Below are positions 39,062 through 48,724 of a stretch of 64,000 nt of DNA, piece by piece. The notes under the pieces were generated by a model that had not been told where the DNA came from, made no database searches, and saw nothing but the letters and a program-made list of their open reading frames with translations. Within the stretch, counting starts at the first letter, position 1; each line of letters opens with the position of its first letter. Position numbers and translations under genes: made by a program. Source of the DNA: Bacteriovoracaceae bacterium (lineage in GTDB: Bacteria > Bdellovibrionota > Bacteriovoracia > Bacteriovoracales > Bacteriovoracaceae); contig OZ244226.1 of assembly GCA_965217035.1 (NCBI GenBank), positions 372,001 through 436,000 of the forward strand, in the 5' to 3' direction.

Positions 39062-39316
39062 CTAGCTCAAATCTTTTTTGATTTGTTCATATCCGTTTCT
39101 GATCTTGTGAAAGGCAAGCTTATTAGCGGTCCACACACCATCAGTGACTTCTCCTGCCGTCACCTTCGCTTTATCAACTTTGGCAATGACATCTTTGTAT
39201 TCTTCTTCAAGATCATCCCATTTATTTTTAGCATCCATTTTAAATAGATGAGTTTTTAGTTTGAGCTCATCTCTCATAGTTTTCACATTATCAATTACCT
39301 TTTCTGCATTTTGCAT
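39062..39316 (-). CDS. Small helical protein (RDELKLKxHL...W type)
   Basis: 84 aa from ATG 39316 after AAGGAG; amphipathic helical pattern. Confidence 0.75.
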   Translation of the reverse strand: MQNAEKVIDNVKTMRDELKLKTHLFKMDAKNKWDDLEEEYKDVIAKVDKAKVTAGEVTDGVWTANKLAFHKIRNGYEQIKKDLS

Positions 39317-39336
39317 GAATTCTCCTTTGTTTAAGA

Positions 39337-39672
39337 TTAAATTGAATAATTCGTCACTAAATAAGTCCAAACGACTTTATAGTTATCAAGTTCTTGTTCA
39401 TATTCTCTCTTATTTTCGAAATTTTGATCTTTAACGAGCTCTTTAAATTCCTCATTAGCTTCAGAATAGAATCTTTCCGCTCTCTCAACTCTTTTTTGAT
39501 ATTCGAGATCTTTTAAATAAGCTTTTTTATTTTTAAGTCTTTTAATTTCTTCTTCATAAAGTCCTAACTGTTTCTTGTTCTCTTTTACATATTGACTAGA
39601 AAGTGAGATCGGAATCGTCTTTTCTGGTTTACAAGATAAAAGAACTAAAAATGTTATTAATATAATTTTCAT
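39337..39672 (-). CDS. Small coiled-coil lipoprotein
   Basis: Lipobox LLSC; charged helical body; AGGAG RBS. Confidence 0.75.
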   Translation of the reverse strand: MKIILITFLVLLSCKPEKTIPISLSSQYVKENKKQLGLYEEEIKRLKNKKAYLKDLEYQKRVERAERFYSEANEEFKELVKDQNFENKREYEQELDNYKVVWTYLVTNYSI

Positions 39673-39736
39673 ATCATCTCCTATACTTATTATCGGAGAG
39701 ATCGGTTAAAGATAATTCAAGTGAGTTAGTAGAGAA

Positions 39737-39754
39737 TGTGTAGAAATCTACACA
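39737..39754. promoter_or_regulatory. Palindrome TGTGTA-N6-TACACA, site 2
   Basis: TGTGTA gaaatc TACACA, ~65 bp upstream of the lipoprotein start. Confidence 0.7.
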
Positions 39755-40000
39755 TCAATATTCCTTAGGGATTTCGTCAGGTTGAGGAATATTTGTATCA
39801 GGATTTTTAGGTTTTTCAATAGGGCTTTTCTGAGGAAGTTGACGGTCGCTTTCTTCAGGTGGATAGCTAGGCTGTTCTATCTTTTCCTTATTAGGCAAAT
39901 ATTCTGGCTTTCGCTCAGGCTTTTCAATTTCAACTTTTTTCTTTTTATCAGACATTATTTTCTCTAAATAAACTATGGCAGATTTCTCTGCCATAGTCAC
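39755..40000 (-). CDS. Small Pro/Glu/Lys-rich, likely disordered protein
   Basis: 81-aa ORF directly after the OmpA gene. Confidence 0.55.
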   Translation of the reverse strand: MTMAEKSAIVYLEKIMSDKKKKVEIEKPERKPEYLPNKEKIEQPSYPPEESDRQLPQKSPIEKPKNPDTNIPQPDEIPKEY

Positions 40001-40005
40001 TTTAT

Positions 40006-41418
40006 TTATGAATTAGGATAAATCAAGATATCAATTCTTCGATTTGTCTCTCGATTTGATACGGTTCTATTATCTACTATAGGTTTGTTAAATCCATGAC
40101 CAATTGTTCTCATTGTAGATAAAGGTTGAGATGTTTTTTTCAAAATATAATCCATTACATTTTCAGCTCTTTTTTTGGAAAGAACTTTGTTATAACTTGG
40201 ATTACCAATCGCATCAGAATGGCCTTCAACAACGACTTTTGGTTTTTCAAATTTATCAATGAATTCTACAACTTCATCGATAATAGGTTTCGACTTACTA
40301 GGGATTTTACTCTTGTTAAAATCAAATTTCACTCCTTTAAGTCTTACTAAAATAGCATCACCTTTTCTAAAAATATCAGCATTCGAAGAACCGACTTCTC
40401 TTTTGAACTCTGTAATCTTTTTTTCAAGTCTCTTGTTTTCTGTAAGTGCTTTTTTAACTTTTTTCTCACGCTTTAAGATCTCAGTAACTCTATTGTCTAA
40501 GATATCATTACTCTGAGCGAGTCTAGTTATTTCAGCTCTCATCGAAGGAACATAAGATGTTTCTTCCTTTAATTTTCTGAAATTCACTTTTGCGCTATAA
40601 AACTCAGGTCTATGGCTAACATAGAAATCTTTAAATACATTTTTGAAGTTTTTTTCTAATTCTAAAGCGGCATTACTTGGACTAATATTATTCAGCCAAT
40701 GGGCAGTTTTTGAAAGGGCCAAAAGTCTCTCTGAATTGTTTTCTGCCTTATAGACTGCAGAATCAATTTTGAACATATTATCTTTATGTGAAGCAATAAC
40801 TCTTTTAGCATTTTCTAAGTCTTTAACGACTTTATCAAAAAGCTTTGGATAATGATCGTCACCATCTAACTCTTCAACTAATCTAAGATTTTCTCGAACA
40901 TTCTTAAGTTTTCTATTTTTAATAACTCCAATTTCTGCCTTTTGATAGAGCTTCTCTAACTCAGATCGATATTCGATGACTCGATTGATATCAGCTGCTT
41001 GAATCATGATTCCAAGTTCTTTGAATCCTTCATCAGCGTGAGTGAAAAGTTTAGTGTCACGAGCACCAGCTCTTACAGCTTCATTCCTTGCCTCTAAAAC
41101 TCCTTTTAGATGAGTTTTAGTCATGACAATTCTTTTTTTCATCTTCTCTTTAATTGTCTCAAATTCATTAAATTCTTCAGCCATTTCAATGTACTTATCG
41201 CCTTCTCGTGCCCTTTCCTTTGAATCATTTAGAATTTCATTTGCTTCTTCATAAAAATCAGGGGTAAAAAGATGGGCTTTCTGATTTCTTAGATCGCTCA
41301 AAGAAGATTTCATCTCTGTAATTTTTTGACTCACCCTTTGATCAACATAAACAGGCTCCGTCTTGAAGCTTGAGCATGATAAGAGTGCAATCATTGTGAA
41401 TGCATAAATAATTTTCAT
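40006..41418 (-). CDS. OmpA-family lipoprotein with long helical N-region
   Basis: Lipobox LLSC; FDFNKS, EGHSD, LSKKRA, NRRIDI. Confidence 0.9.
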   Translation of the reverse strand: MKIIYAFTMIALLSCSSFKTEPVYVDQRVSQKITEMKSSLSDLRNQKAHLFTPDFYEEANEILNDSKERAREGDKYIEMAEEFNEFETIKEKMKKRIVMTKTHLKGVLEARNEAVRAGARDTKLFTHADEGFKELGIMIQAADINRVIEYRSELEKLYQKAEIGVIKNRKLKNVRENLRLVEELDGDDHYPKLFDKVVKDLENAKRVIASHKDNMFKIDSAVYKAENNSERLLALSKTAHWLNNISPSNAALELEKNFKNVFKDFYVSHRPEFYSAKVNFRKLKEETSYVPSMRAEITRLAQSNDILDNRVTEILKREKKVKKALTENKRLEKKITEFKREVGSSNADIFRKGDAILVRLKGVKFDFNKSKIPSKSKPIIDEVVEFIDKFEKPKVVVEGHSDAIGNPSYNKVLSKKRAENVMDYILKKTSQPLSTMRTIGHGFNKPIVDNRTVSNRETNRRIDILIYPNS

Positions 41419-41497
41419 ATATCCTCCTAAGAAAATTTATCTTGCTCAGAGGATAAGATTTCTTTACCAAAGCTACTTGGAAGAAAATTCAATTAAA

Positions 41498-41515
41498 TGT
41501 GTAATTATTTACAAA
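41498..41515. promoter_or_regulatory. Palindrome TGTGTA-N6-TACACA, site 3
   Basis: TGTGTA attatt TACAAA, ~80 bp upstream of the OmpA start. Confidence 0.6.
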
Positions 41516-41517
41516 TT

Positions 41518-43368
41518 TCAGGAGAGAACGAGATTAACTTCAAAAAGGAGTTTCTCTGAGCTTATCGGTTTAGTAAAATGTCCATGAAAACCTAGTTTCT
41601 TTGTTTTCTCGACTTCCTCACTCATAGCATGGGCAGTGAGAGCACAAATAGGTTTCGAATATCCTATTTCCTTAAGCTTTTCCATCACTTGATATCCATC
41701 CATTCCAGGCATTTGTAAATCAAGTAAAACGAGGTCAAAGTTATTTTTTTTAATAAGATCGAGTGCACTAAAACCATCATACGCAAGAGTGACTTCACCT
41801 TCGGCACTTTCGAGATACATTTTGAAAAGTCTAGCATTCTCTTTCGCATCATCAACCACTAGAAACTTTTTACTTTTAAGGTTAATTTCTTTGATTGACT
41901 TCTCTTCAAAAATCTCAGAAGAAACTTTTAATTCACCTTTAACTGTGTGGAGCGAAATATCACCTGGGTTAATAGTGACAGTAAAAGTACTCCCTTCTTC
42001 GAGAACGGTTTTTATAATCTGAACATCTCCTCCCATTTTTCGAGCTAAACCTCTCGAAAGTACGAGCCCAAGTCCAGTACCGCTGTACTGCCTATCGGCA
42101 GAGACAGTTGCTTGCTCAAAAGGTTCAAAAACTTTTTGGATCTTTTCTTTGGGTATACCACATCCAGTATCTTGGATCGTAAATTGTAACTTATCTGAAC
42201 GTAATAAGCCTGTTGAAACTTTCACATAACCTTTTGATGTAAATTTAATTGCATTTCCAATGACATTGAAAAGAACCTGTTTTAATCTTTTTGGATCAAC
42301 TTCAATATACTCTGGAATCACTCCATCAGATTCAAATAAAAGTTCGATTCCCTTTTCTTCAGCTTTTAGACTTAGAAGCTGGAATGTACCTTCTAAGAAA
42401 TTTTTCAGATCAACTTTTTCTTTAACAAGATCAAACTTACCAGACTCCATCTTAGAAACGTCGAGGACCTCATCTAATAACCCTAATAAATGAGAAGCAT
42501 TCTTGTTAATAACCGAAATAACTTCTACCGCTTCCTCTTTACTTACTTCGCCTTCTTTTTGAAGAAGTTCTGCGTAACCAAGGATGGCCGTCATAGGGGT
42601 TCTTATCTCATGGCTCACATTTGCAAGAAAGTCCGTTTTGGATCGAGCTGCACTTTCAACTTTTAATGCTGACTCGAGAAGTTCTTTATTCTGTTCAAGT
42701 ATCGTTGAATTCAAGGGTCTGAAAAGAAAGAACCAAACAATAAAAACTTCTAGTAAACATAAAAGAACAATTGCTAATCCCATTCTTTCTAATCTTTTCA
42801 TGCTATCTATCGATTCAAGTTCAATAATTCCTAACAGCTCATCTATATACTCTGTATCACCATCTGAACTGTTTTTTGAAATATAACGAATGCTCTGTTG
42901 AATATCATCTATCGAACTTTCAGGGTCAGCTAAAGTATTTACGTAGCTGATGTAATTCTTTATCTGTGATCTTATTTTTTTATTTTCTAAATATTCACTA
43001 AGATCTTCCAGCGAAGCAGACTCACTTCTTAAAACGAGGCTCGAAAGTTTTTTAGAAGTCGATTTTAAAGCTGCTGCTTTCAACTCTAAACTTGAACGAG
43101 ATTTTATCATATCATCTTCTGGTATTTTCTCATCAAGGAATTTTCCATAAACTTTTATTTGTTCTATCAGCGAGGATTGCTTCAAGAGGATTTTATTCAC
43201 TTGATTCATTGTTTTGAGTTGAGAAATGACATCACGATGGAGGAAAAAAGCAATCAAGGAAATACAAACAATAACAATTAAAGCAAATGATGAGAAAATA
43301 AAGAAACGTCTTCTTAGTTCATTAATTTTTGATCGATTCTTATTATAGCTAATGATACTTGTGGACAT
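41518..43368 (-). CDS. Membrane hybrid sensor histidine kinase
   Basis: 2 TMs, FLANVSHEIRTPM, GNAIKFT, GTGLGL, C-terminal REC LDLQMP. Confidence 0.93.
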   Translation of the reverse strand: MSTSIISYNKNRSKINELRRRFFIFSSFALIVIVCISLIAFFLHRDVISQLKTMNQVNKILLKQSSLIEQIKVYGKFLDEKIPEDDMIKSRSSLELKAAALKSTSKKLSSLVLRSESASLEDLSEYLENKKIRSQIKNYISYVNTLADPESSIDDIQQSIRYISKNSSDGDTEYIDELLGIIELESIDSMKRLERMGLAIVLLCLLEVFIVWFFLFRPLNSTILEQNKELLESALKVESAARSKTDFLANVSHEIRTPMTAILGYAELLQKEGEVSKEEAVEVISVINKNASHLLGLLDEVLDVSKMESGKFDLVKEKVDLKNFLEGTFQLLSLKAEEKGIELLFESDGVIPEYIEVDPKRLKQVLFNVIGNAIKFTSKGYVKVSTGLLRSDKLQFTIQDTGCGIPKEKIQKVFEPFEQATVSADRQYSGTGLGLVLSRGLARKMGGDVQIIKTVLEEGSTFTVTINPGDISLHTVKGELKVSSEIFEEKSIKEINLKSKKFLVVDDAKENARLFKMYLESAEGEVTLAYDGFSALDLIKKNNFDLVLLDLQMPGMDGYQVMEKLKEIGYSKPICALTAHAMSEEVEKTKKLGFHGHFTKPISSEKLLFEVNLVLS

Positions 43369-43676
43369 TAGGAGAGATTCTCCTTCTTAAGATCTAAATA
43401 AGCTTTAATGTCATTAAGCTTAGATAAACAGTTCTTTCTATCCCCTTTCTTAGAAAAAGATTCAAGATCACTTGAAAGATTCTCTAAAAAATTGAATCCA
43501 TAAGGAGCACTGAAGCCTTTCCATTTGTGGGCATACTCTGAGAGAACATTAAATTGATTTGATTCCAAAGATTGATATAAAAGTTCTAACTCACTGAGTC
43601 TATCACTAAGAAACTCTTCTACATATTCCTCTAAGCCTTTCTGTGGTGCCTCAAATTTGATTGCTTTTAAATCCAT
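43368..43676 (-). CDS. Hpt domain protein
   Basis: AHKWKGFSAPYG; 1-bp overlap with the kinase. Confidence 0.85.
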   Translation of the reverse strand: MDLKAIKFEAPQKGLEEYVEEFLSDRLSELELLYQSLESNQFNVLSEYAHKWKGFSAPYGFNFLENLSSDLESFSKKGDRKNCLSKLNDIKAYLDLKKENLS

Positions 43677-43733
43677 TGTTTTTCCTATATTAACTTAAGT
43701 ATAAAATAATTTTAAGTACTTGGTCAGTTTAAA

Positions 43734-44423
43734 ATGAAAAAGATCCTTCTTGTCGAAGACAGTAAAGAAATTTTCCCAATGGTTGAGACGGCCTTAGCTA
43801 ATTCAGTTGAATTAACCTGGGTTGAAACGCTCAAGGCAGCGAAAGAAGTTTTAGAAAATACGGCTTTTTCTCTTATCTTACTTGATATTAATCTCCCAGA
43901 TGGAAGTGGGATAGATCTCTGTACTCAGATACAAGCATCCGATCCATCAACCCCCATCTTTTTCTTGAGTGCTAATGACGATCTCTCCCAAAAAGTTTTA
44001 GGGTTTTCTGCTGGAGCTGATGATTATATTACGAAACCATTTGAACCTTTAGAGCTCAAGGCAAGAGTTGAAGCAAAACTTGCAAAAATTGATACACTTA
44101 ACCAAAATTTGATTAATTTAAAATGGAAAGAATTAGAGATTGCTCAAAATAAACAAGAGGTCAAAGTCCTTAAAGATGATGAGTTCGAACTTATTGAACT
44201 GACGGCCCTTGAATATAAAATTTTAACTTATTTCGCAGAGAAACCTGGTGATGTTTTTCCTCGCGACCAAATCCTCAATGATATCTGGGGAAAGAATGTT
44301 TATGTTTATCCTCGATCTGTTGATACTCACGTGAGTAAGCTCAGAAAGAAGCTTGGTGACGTTTCGGAGATTATTGAGTCTGTTCATGGTGTTGGATATA
44401 AATTTATTCCAACAGAATTCTGA
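43734..44423 (+). CDS. OmpR/PhoB-family response regulator
   Basis: LDINLPDG, GADDYITKPF, RSVDTHVSKLRKKL, GVGY. Confidence 0.95.
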   Translation: MKKILLVEDSKEIFPMVETALANSVELTWVETLKAAKEVLENTAFSLILLDINLPDGSGIDLCTQIQASDPSTPIFFLSANDDLSQKVLGFSAGADDYITKPFEPLELKARVEAKLAKIDTLNQNLINLKWKELEIAQNKQEVKVLKDDEFELIELTALEYKILTYFAEKPGDVFPRDQILNDIWGKNVYVYPRSVDTHVSKLRKKLGDVSEIIESVHGVGYKFIPTEF

Positions 44424-44452
44424 TAGGAGAGAGTTTCCTCTCTCCTATCAGA
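44419..44452. terminator. 15-bp perfect hairpin between convergent genes
   Basis: TCTGATAGGAGAGAG-TTTC-CTCTCTCCTATCAGA. Confidence 0.7.
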
Positions 44453-44455
44453 TGA

Positions 44456-44827
44456 TCAATAGATTTCTTCAAGACTCGTTAGACTTTCTTCAAGTTGATC
44501 GACATTAAATCCAATAGCTACCATAATAAGATCCTTACCCATGTCGTTTGAATCATAATAAGAACGTGTAAGCCTATTAATTCTTTCGATTAATGATTTT
44601 GCCTCGATATAATCATTACTTAGAAGTAAGTCACTTTTCTTGTGCTCATTCTCTATCTCTCTTAACATTGACTTCATCTGTTTAAAATCCGCAAATGTCT
44701 CTTGATGTGAAGTCCTTGCAAGGCTTTCAACTGTCATGCCTATTAATGCGAGAACCATAATGAGAATAATCACGAAAGAATAAAAGATATTACTTCTAAC
44801 TCTTTTGGATCCTTTTAATGGTTCCAT
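44456..44827 (-). CDS. Hypothetical membrane-anchored protein
   Basis: 123-aa ORF, N-terminal hydrophobic helix, AAGGAG RBS. Confidence 0.7.
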   Translation of the reverse strand: MEPLKGSKRVRSNIFYSFVIILIMVLALIGMTVESLARTSHQETFADFKQMKSMLREIENEHKKSDLLLSNDYIEAKSLIERINRLTRSYYDSNDMGKDLIMVAIGFNVDQLEESLTSLEEIY

Positions 44828-44846
44828 ACTAACTCCTTTATGAATT

Positions 44847-45332
44847 TTAGCTTAAATTGGATTCAAGCATCCAACTCATTTTTTCATGTTCTCTCAAGAT
44901 TCCTGTTAACATATCTTCTGTTCCCGGATCTCGACTAAAGATATTTTCATCTGATATCTTTGTTCTAATCAAGTTTTTAATAGTGTGATGATCTTTAAGT
45001 AAAATTGTAATCATTTGATTAGATGAAGGAATTTCACCTGGTTTTTCTTGTAACATCGTCTCATCACTCATTTCTTTGGCAGTACTTAGTGGATGGCCAC
45101 CTATAATCTTTACTCGCTCAGCAGTTTTATCCATAATTTCTAATAATTGCTTATAGTGCTCTTCCAAAAACTTGTGCATACTTGTAAATCTAGGACCTTT
45201 AAAGTTCCAATGATAGTTTAACGTTTTAGTAAAAAGAACATATTCATTAGCAAGAATTGTATTTAAGAAATTGACTGTTCTCTCGTTACTGTCTTTTGAA
45301 AAAAAATTCACTTTTGCTCCTTTTGTTTGCAT
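44847..45332 (-). CDS. dps: Dps family DNA-protection protein
   Basis: YHWNFKGPRF, HKFLEE, DKTAER, HEKMSWML. Confidence 0.93.
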   Translation of the reverse strand: MQTKGAKVNFFSKDSNERTVNFLNTILANEYVLFTKTLNYHWNFKGPRFTSMHKFLEEHYKQLLEIMDKTAERVKIIGGHPLSTAKEMSDETMLQEKPGEIPSSNQMITILLKDHHTIKNLIRTKISDENIFSRDPGTEDMLTGILREHEKMSWMLESNLS

Positions 45333-45387
45333 TTACTTAATAATAAGAGCTCTAAGGAGAAATAAGATCAATATCGTTTGAAAATTA

Positions 45388-45405
45388 TGTGTACATAACT
45401 ACACA
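45388..45405. promoter_or_regulatory. Palindrome TGTGTA-N6-TACACA, site 4
   Basis: TGTGTA cataac TACACA, ~55 bp upstream of the dps start. Confidence 0.7.
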
Positions 45406-45417
45406 TTTAAACTTGAG

Positions 45418-46443
45418 TTAATAGATTTCTTCGTCAATTAAATTCATGGCCGCTTTAACTCTTTTTGTATTCTTGAAATATGCGACATGAACGATCGCAT
45501 CACCTTTATTGACAAGAGGGCATGTGATCATTCCAATGATAATACCTTCTTCATGAACTCGGATAATACTCTTATTATCACCAAATGGATCTGAAATGAC
45601 TCCAAAAATATCGCCTGGCTTTACGAGATCACCAATCTTTTTACGAGCTCTAAAAGAACCACTTTTGGGAGCTCTAATCCAGAAACTACTTTCAGAAACA
45701 TAAGCTTTTCGAGGAACTTTTAAGGGAGTGGAATTAGGATGCGAGATCATGCCAATTTTTTTCATGACTGATAGACAGCCTTTTAATCCGATATTAATAA
45801 CTTTCTCATCAACTTTCAATGCCTCTCCACCCTCAAATAAAAGAGTCGTTACTTTTTTCTTTCTAGCAGCTTCTCTCAAAGAACCATCTCTTAATTTAGA
45901 ATGCATGACAACAGGGACTCCAAAACATTTGGCAAGGTCATCAGTTTCTTTATGGTCTAGGCATGCTCTAATCTGCGGAAGATTAGTACGATGAATAGCA
46001 CCAGTATGAAAGTCTATTCCATGCGTACACTTCATAACAATCTCTTTCATAAAAATACTAGCAAGTCTTGCTCCTAAAGATCCTTCACGCTTTCCAGGAA
46101 AACAACGATTCAAATCTCTCCGATCAGGAAGATATCGAGATTTATTGTTATAGCCAAAAACATTAACGACGGGAACAGCAATTAAAGTCCCTTTTATCCG
46201 TTTTAAACTCGTTTTTTGAAGTAAGCGTTTGATAATCTCAACTCCATTCAACTCATCACCATGAATTGCAGCACTTATAAAAAGAACTGGTCCGGGTTCT
46301 TTTCCTCTAATGACTTCAACTGGAATACTAAGTTTTGTATAGTCATACAAAGACCCAATATGAAGAAAAACCTTTTTCCTCTCTCCGAGTTTGATAATTT
46401 CATTACCTATTTTAAAGAGTGTTTTCTTTTTATCTGAACTCAA
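45418..46443 (-). CDS. Succinylglutamate desuccinylase/aspartoacylase family peptidase
   Basis: IHGDELNG, DLNRCFPG, IDFHTG, FEGG. Confidence 0.92.
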   Translation of the reverse strand: MSSDKKKTLFKIGNEIIKLGERKKVFLHIGSLYDYTKLSIPVEVIRGKEPGPVLFISAAIHGDELNGVEIIKRLLQKTSLKRIKGTLIAVPVVNVFGYNNKSRYLPDRRDLNRCFPGKREGSLGARLASIFMKEIVMKCTHGIDFHTGAIHRTNLPQIRACLDHKETDDLAKCFGVPVVMHSKLRDGSLREAARKKKVTTLLFEGGEALKVDEKVINIGLKGCLSVMKKIGMISHPNSTPLKVPRKAYVSESSFWIRAPKSGSFRARKKIGDLVKPGDIFGVISDPFGDNKSIIRVHEEGIIIGMITCPLVNKGDAIVHVAYFKNTKRVKAAMNLIDEEIY

Positions 46444-47642
46444 TCTAAAACCTTCTCTATATCTGATTGCTTAAGAATTCTAAGCTCAGGTTTCCTTCTC
46501 TTTCTTGTTTTTTCAGGAATAAGATTTTTCATAGACTCAATCTTTCCAAAACAAAGAAGACGATCCTCTGGTTCAAGAACTCTAGAAGCCTTTGGGTTTG
46601 GAATAACTTTCCCCCCTCTTCGGAGACTTAGAACATTAAGATCTTTCTCATTGAGGCCTGAATCAACGATGGTTTTACCAACATATTCAGAGTTTTCAGG
46701 AATTAAAATCTCATTAACTCCATATCCCTTACTAACAGTTAGTTTTTCTCTATAATCAATTTCTGGATAATCAACTCTTGAAGCAATATAATCAATAATG
46801 GCTCCTGCAATATCTATTTTAGTGCAACCTTCTATTCCCTCAAGACCCGGAGACGAATTAACCTCCATGATTTGAGGGCCGTCTTTGCTTTCAAGCATAT
46901 CAACTCCGGCAATTTCAAGTCCAAGAATTCGAGTCGCTCGAATTGCCGTTTCTTTATAGGTTTCATCTAATTCTACGACTTCCGTCTTTCCTCCACGGTG
47001 AACATTACTCCGAAATTCCTGACCTTGAGCGACTCTTCTCATTCCTGCAATAACTTGATCTCCTATAACGATTGCTCTAATATCCTTCCCCTTACTTTCA
47101 GCAACGAATTTTTGAATAAGAATATTTTGTTTCTGGCTTTGTAATAACTCAATAATAGAGGTTGCCATTTCAAGAGTGTGCGCTAAAAGAACTCCTATTC
47201 CTTGAGTCCCTTCAAGAAGCTTAATAACGATAGGAGCTCCACCGACTCTCTCAATTGCAGGCAGAACATCTTTTTTATCTTTAACAAAGGTTGTAGGAGG
47301 AATTCCAATATTATGCCGACTGAGTTTCTGGAAGCTACGAAGCTTGTCTCGAGAATTTAAAATCCCATCAGCTGAGTTTGCACTAAACACATCCATTTGC
47401 TGAAATTGTCGCACAACTGCTGTTCCGTAATAAGTAATTGATGCTCCTATTCTTGGTAATACAGCATCATAATGAGAGAGTCTTTTTTGTCTATAATAAA
47501 GATCTGGACTTTCTTGTTCAAGATCAATCGCAAATTTTAAAGTATTTAAAACTTTAACAGCATGGTTTCTCATCTTACAAGCTTCAACTAATCTTTTAGT
47601 TGTATAGTTCTGAGATTCTCTTGATAAAATTGCTAGTTTCAT
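46440..47642 (-). CDS. rimK: RimK alpha-L-glutamate ligase with C-terminal RCK_C (TrkA-C) domain
   Basis: PRIGASIT, EGTQGIGV, FRSNVHRGG, EVNSSPGLEGIE; tail VGKTI...RRGGKVIPNP...LEPEDRL. Confidence 0.92.
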   Translation of the reverse strand: MKLAILSRESQNYTTKRLVEACKMRNHAVKVLNTLKFAIDLEQESPDLYYRQKRLSHYDAVLPRIGASITYYGTAVVRQFQQMDVFSANSADGILNSRDKLRSFQKLSRHNIGIPPTTFVKDKKDVLPAIERVGGAPIVIKLLEGTQGIGVLLAHTLEMATSIIELLQSQKQNILIQKFVAESKGKDIRAIVIGDQVIAGMRRVAQGQEFRSNVHRGGKTEVVELDETYKETAIRATRILGLEIAGVDMLESKDGPQIMEVNSSPGLEGIEGCTKIDIAGAIIDYIASRVDYPEIDYREKLTVSKGYGVNEILIPENSEYVGKTIVDSGLNEKDLNVLSLRRGGKVIPNPKASRVLEPEDRLLCFGKIESMKNLIPEKTRKRRKPELRILKQSDIEKVLD

Positions 47643-48088
47643 ATTTTCCTTTTCTTTTTCTTAGTTGAATAAAAAGATTTTCCTGTATCAACTAGAAATC
47701 TTCCTTTGATACTTGCTCTTCCAAGTAACATTCTAAAGCCCATTTCATCTCTATTAGTTAAAGTCACTTCAATATCCCACTGATTATCAAGTAACTTTAC
47801 TCTCGTGACAATGACTGGTCTTTTCTCGCTTTGCCCATTTGAACTTTTCACTTTTCGGAACTCGAGGACTCTGGCAATACAAGTTATTATTTTCTTTGAG
47901 CTTCTTTGTTCTGGATGCAATTTAAACTTAACATAGTCTTTACCATTCTTCTTGAAAAGGTTCATATCAAAAGCATGCAGGGAAGAAGTCCTAGCGCCTG
48001 TATCAACCTTAACTTTAATTTTTTTTATATTGAGATCTGGCAAGGATATCCATTCTCTCCATCCTATAATTTCTAACTCTTTTGCCAC
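47639..48088 (-). CDS. rimB: RimB-like retropepsin protease
   Basis: IIGWREW, KVDTGARTSSLHA, SSNG, RMLLGR. Confidence 0.9.
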   Translation of the reverse strand: MAKELEIIGWREWISLPDLNIKKIKVKVDTGARTSSLHAFDMNLFKKNGKDYVKFKLHPEQRSSKKIITCIARVLEFRKVKSSNGQSEKRPVIVTRVKLLDNQWDIEVTLTNRDEMGFRMLLGRASIKGRFLVDTGKSFYSTKKKKRKI

Positions 48089-48098
48089 ATCTCACCTA

Positions 48099-48722
48099 TT
48101 ACTGAATTTTAAAAAAATCTTTAATCCCTACAAGAATACTTGTCGCAGCCATTGAAGCTAAAATCAATCCCATTACTTTACTGATCACAATTGCCCCGGA
48201 ACTACCAATACTTTTATGAACTTTATTAGAAAAACGCATAAGAATATAGTTACAAAGAAGAACTAAGACTAAAATAATAGCACTAATAATCTGACTCGTT
48301 AGAGAATTTCGAGCATTATCAGTTAAAAGTACAATAGCGAGAATTGCTCCGGGACCTGCAATAGAAGGAATAGCTAAAGGAAAAATAGCTGTTTCATTGC
48401 TTGATTTTGCAAGCTGAAGTTCTTCCTCTGGTTTACTATCACCAAAAATCATATTAATCGCGAAGAGAAAAAGAATCACTCCACCTGATGTCTGAAAAGC
48501 AGCTAAAGGAACACCTACTTTCCTTAAAATAATTTCTCCAAATAACAGAAAAAACAAAAGAATAAAAAAAGCAATGATTGAGGCAAAACGAGCAATTTTA
48601 ATTTTGCTCTCTTCATCATAGTTTTTCGTCACAGCTAAAAAAACAGGAATTGTGCCGATCGGATCGATTACGGCCCAAAGAATAACGAAATTACTAACTA
48701 AATCATCAAAGCTAATTTGCAT
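48099..48722 (-). CDS. marC: MarC family membrane protein
   Basis: IDPIG, FPLAIPSIAGPG, KVMGLIL. Confidence 0.92.
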   Translation of the reverse strand: MQISFDDLVSNFVILWAVIDPIGTIPVFLAVTKNYDEESKIKIARFASIIAFFILLFFLLFGEIILRKVGVPLAAFQTSGGVILFLFAINMIFGDSKPEEELQLAKSSNETAIFPLAIPSIAGPGAILAIVLLTDNARNSLTSQIISAIILVLVLLCNYILMRFSNKVHKSIGSSGAIVISKVMGLILASMAATSILVGIKDFFKIQ

Positions 48723-48724
48723 AA

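Noticed and set aside
39690..39697. TCCGATAA sigma28 -10-like box before the lipoprotein
   Set aside because: No acceptable -35 at 15-bp spacing
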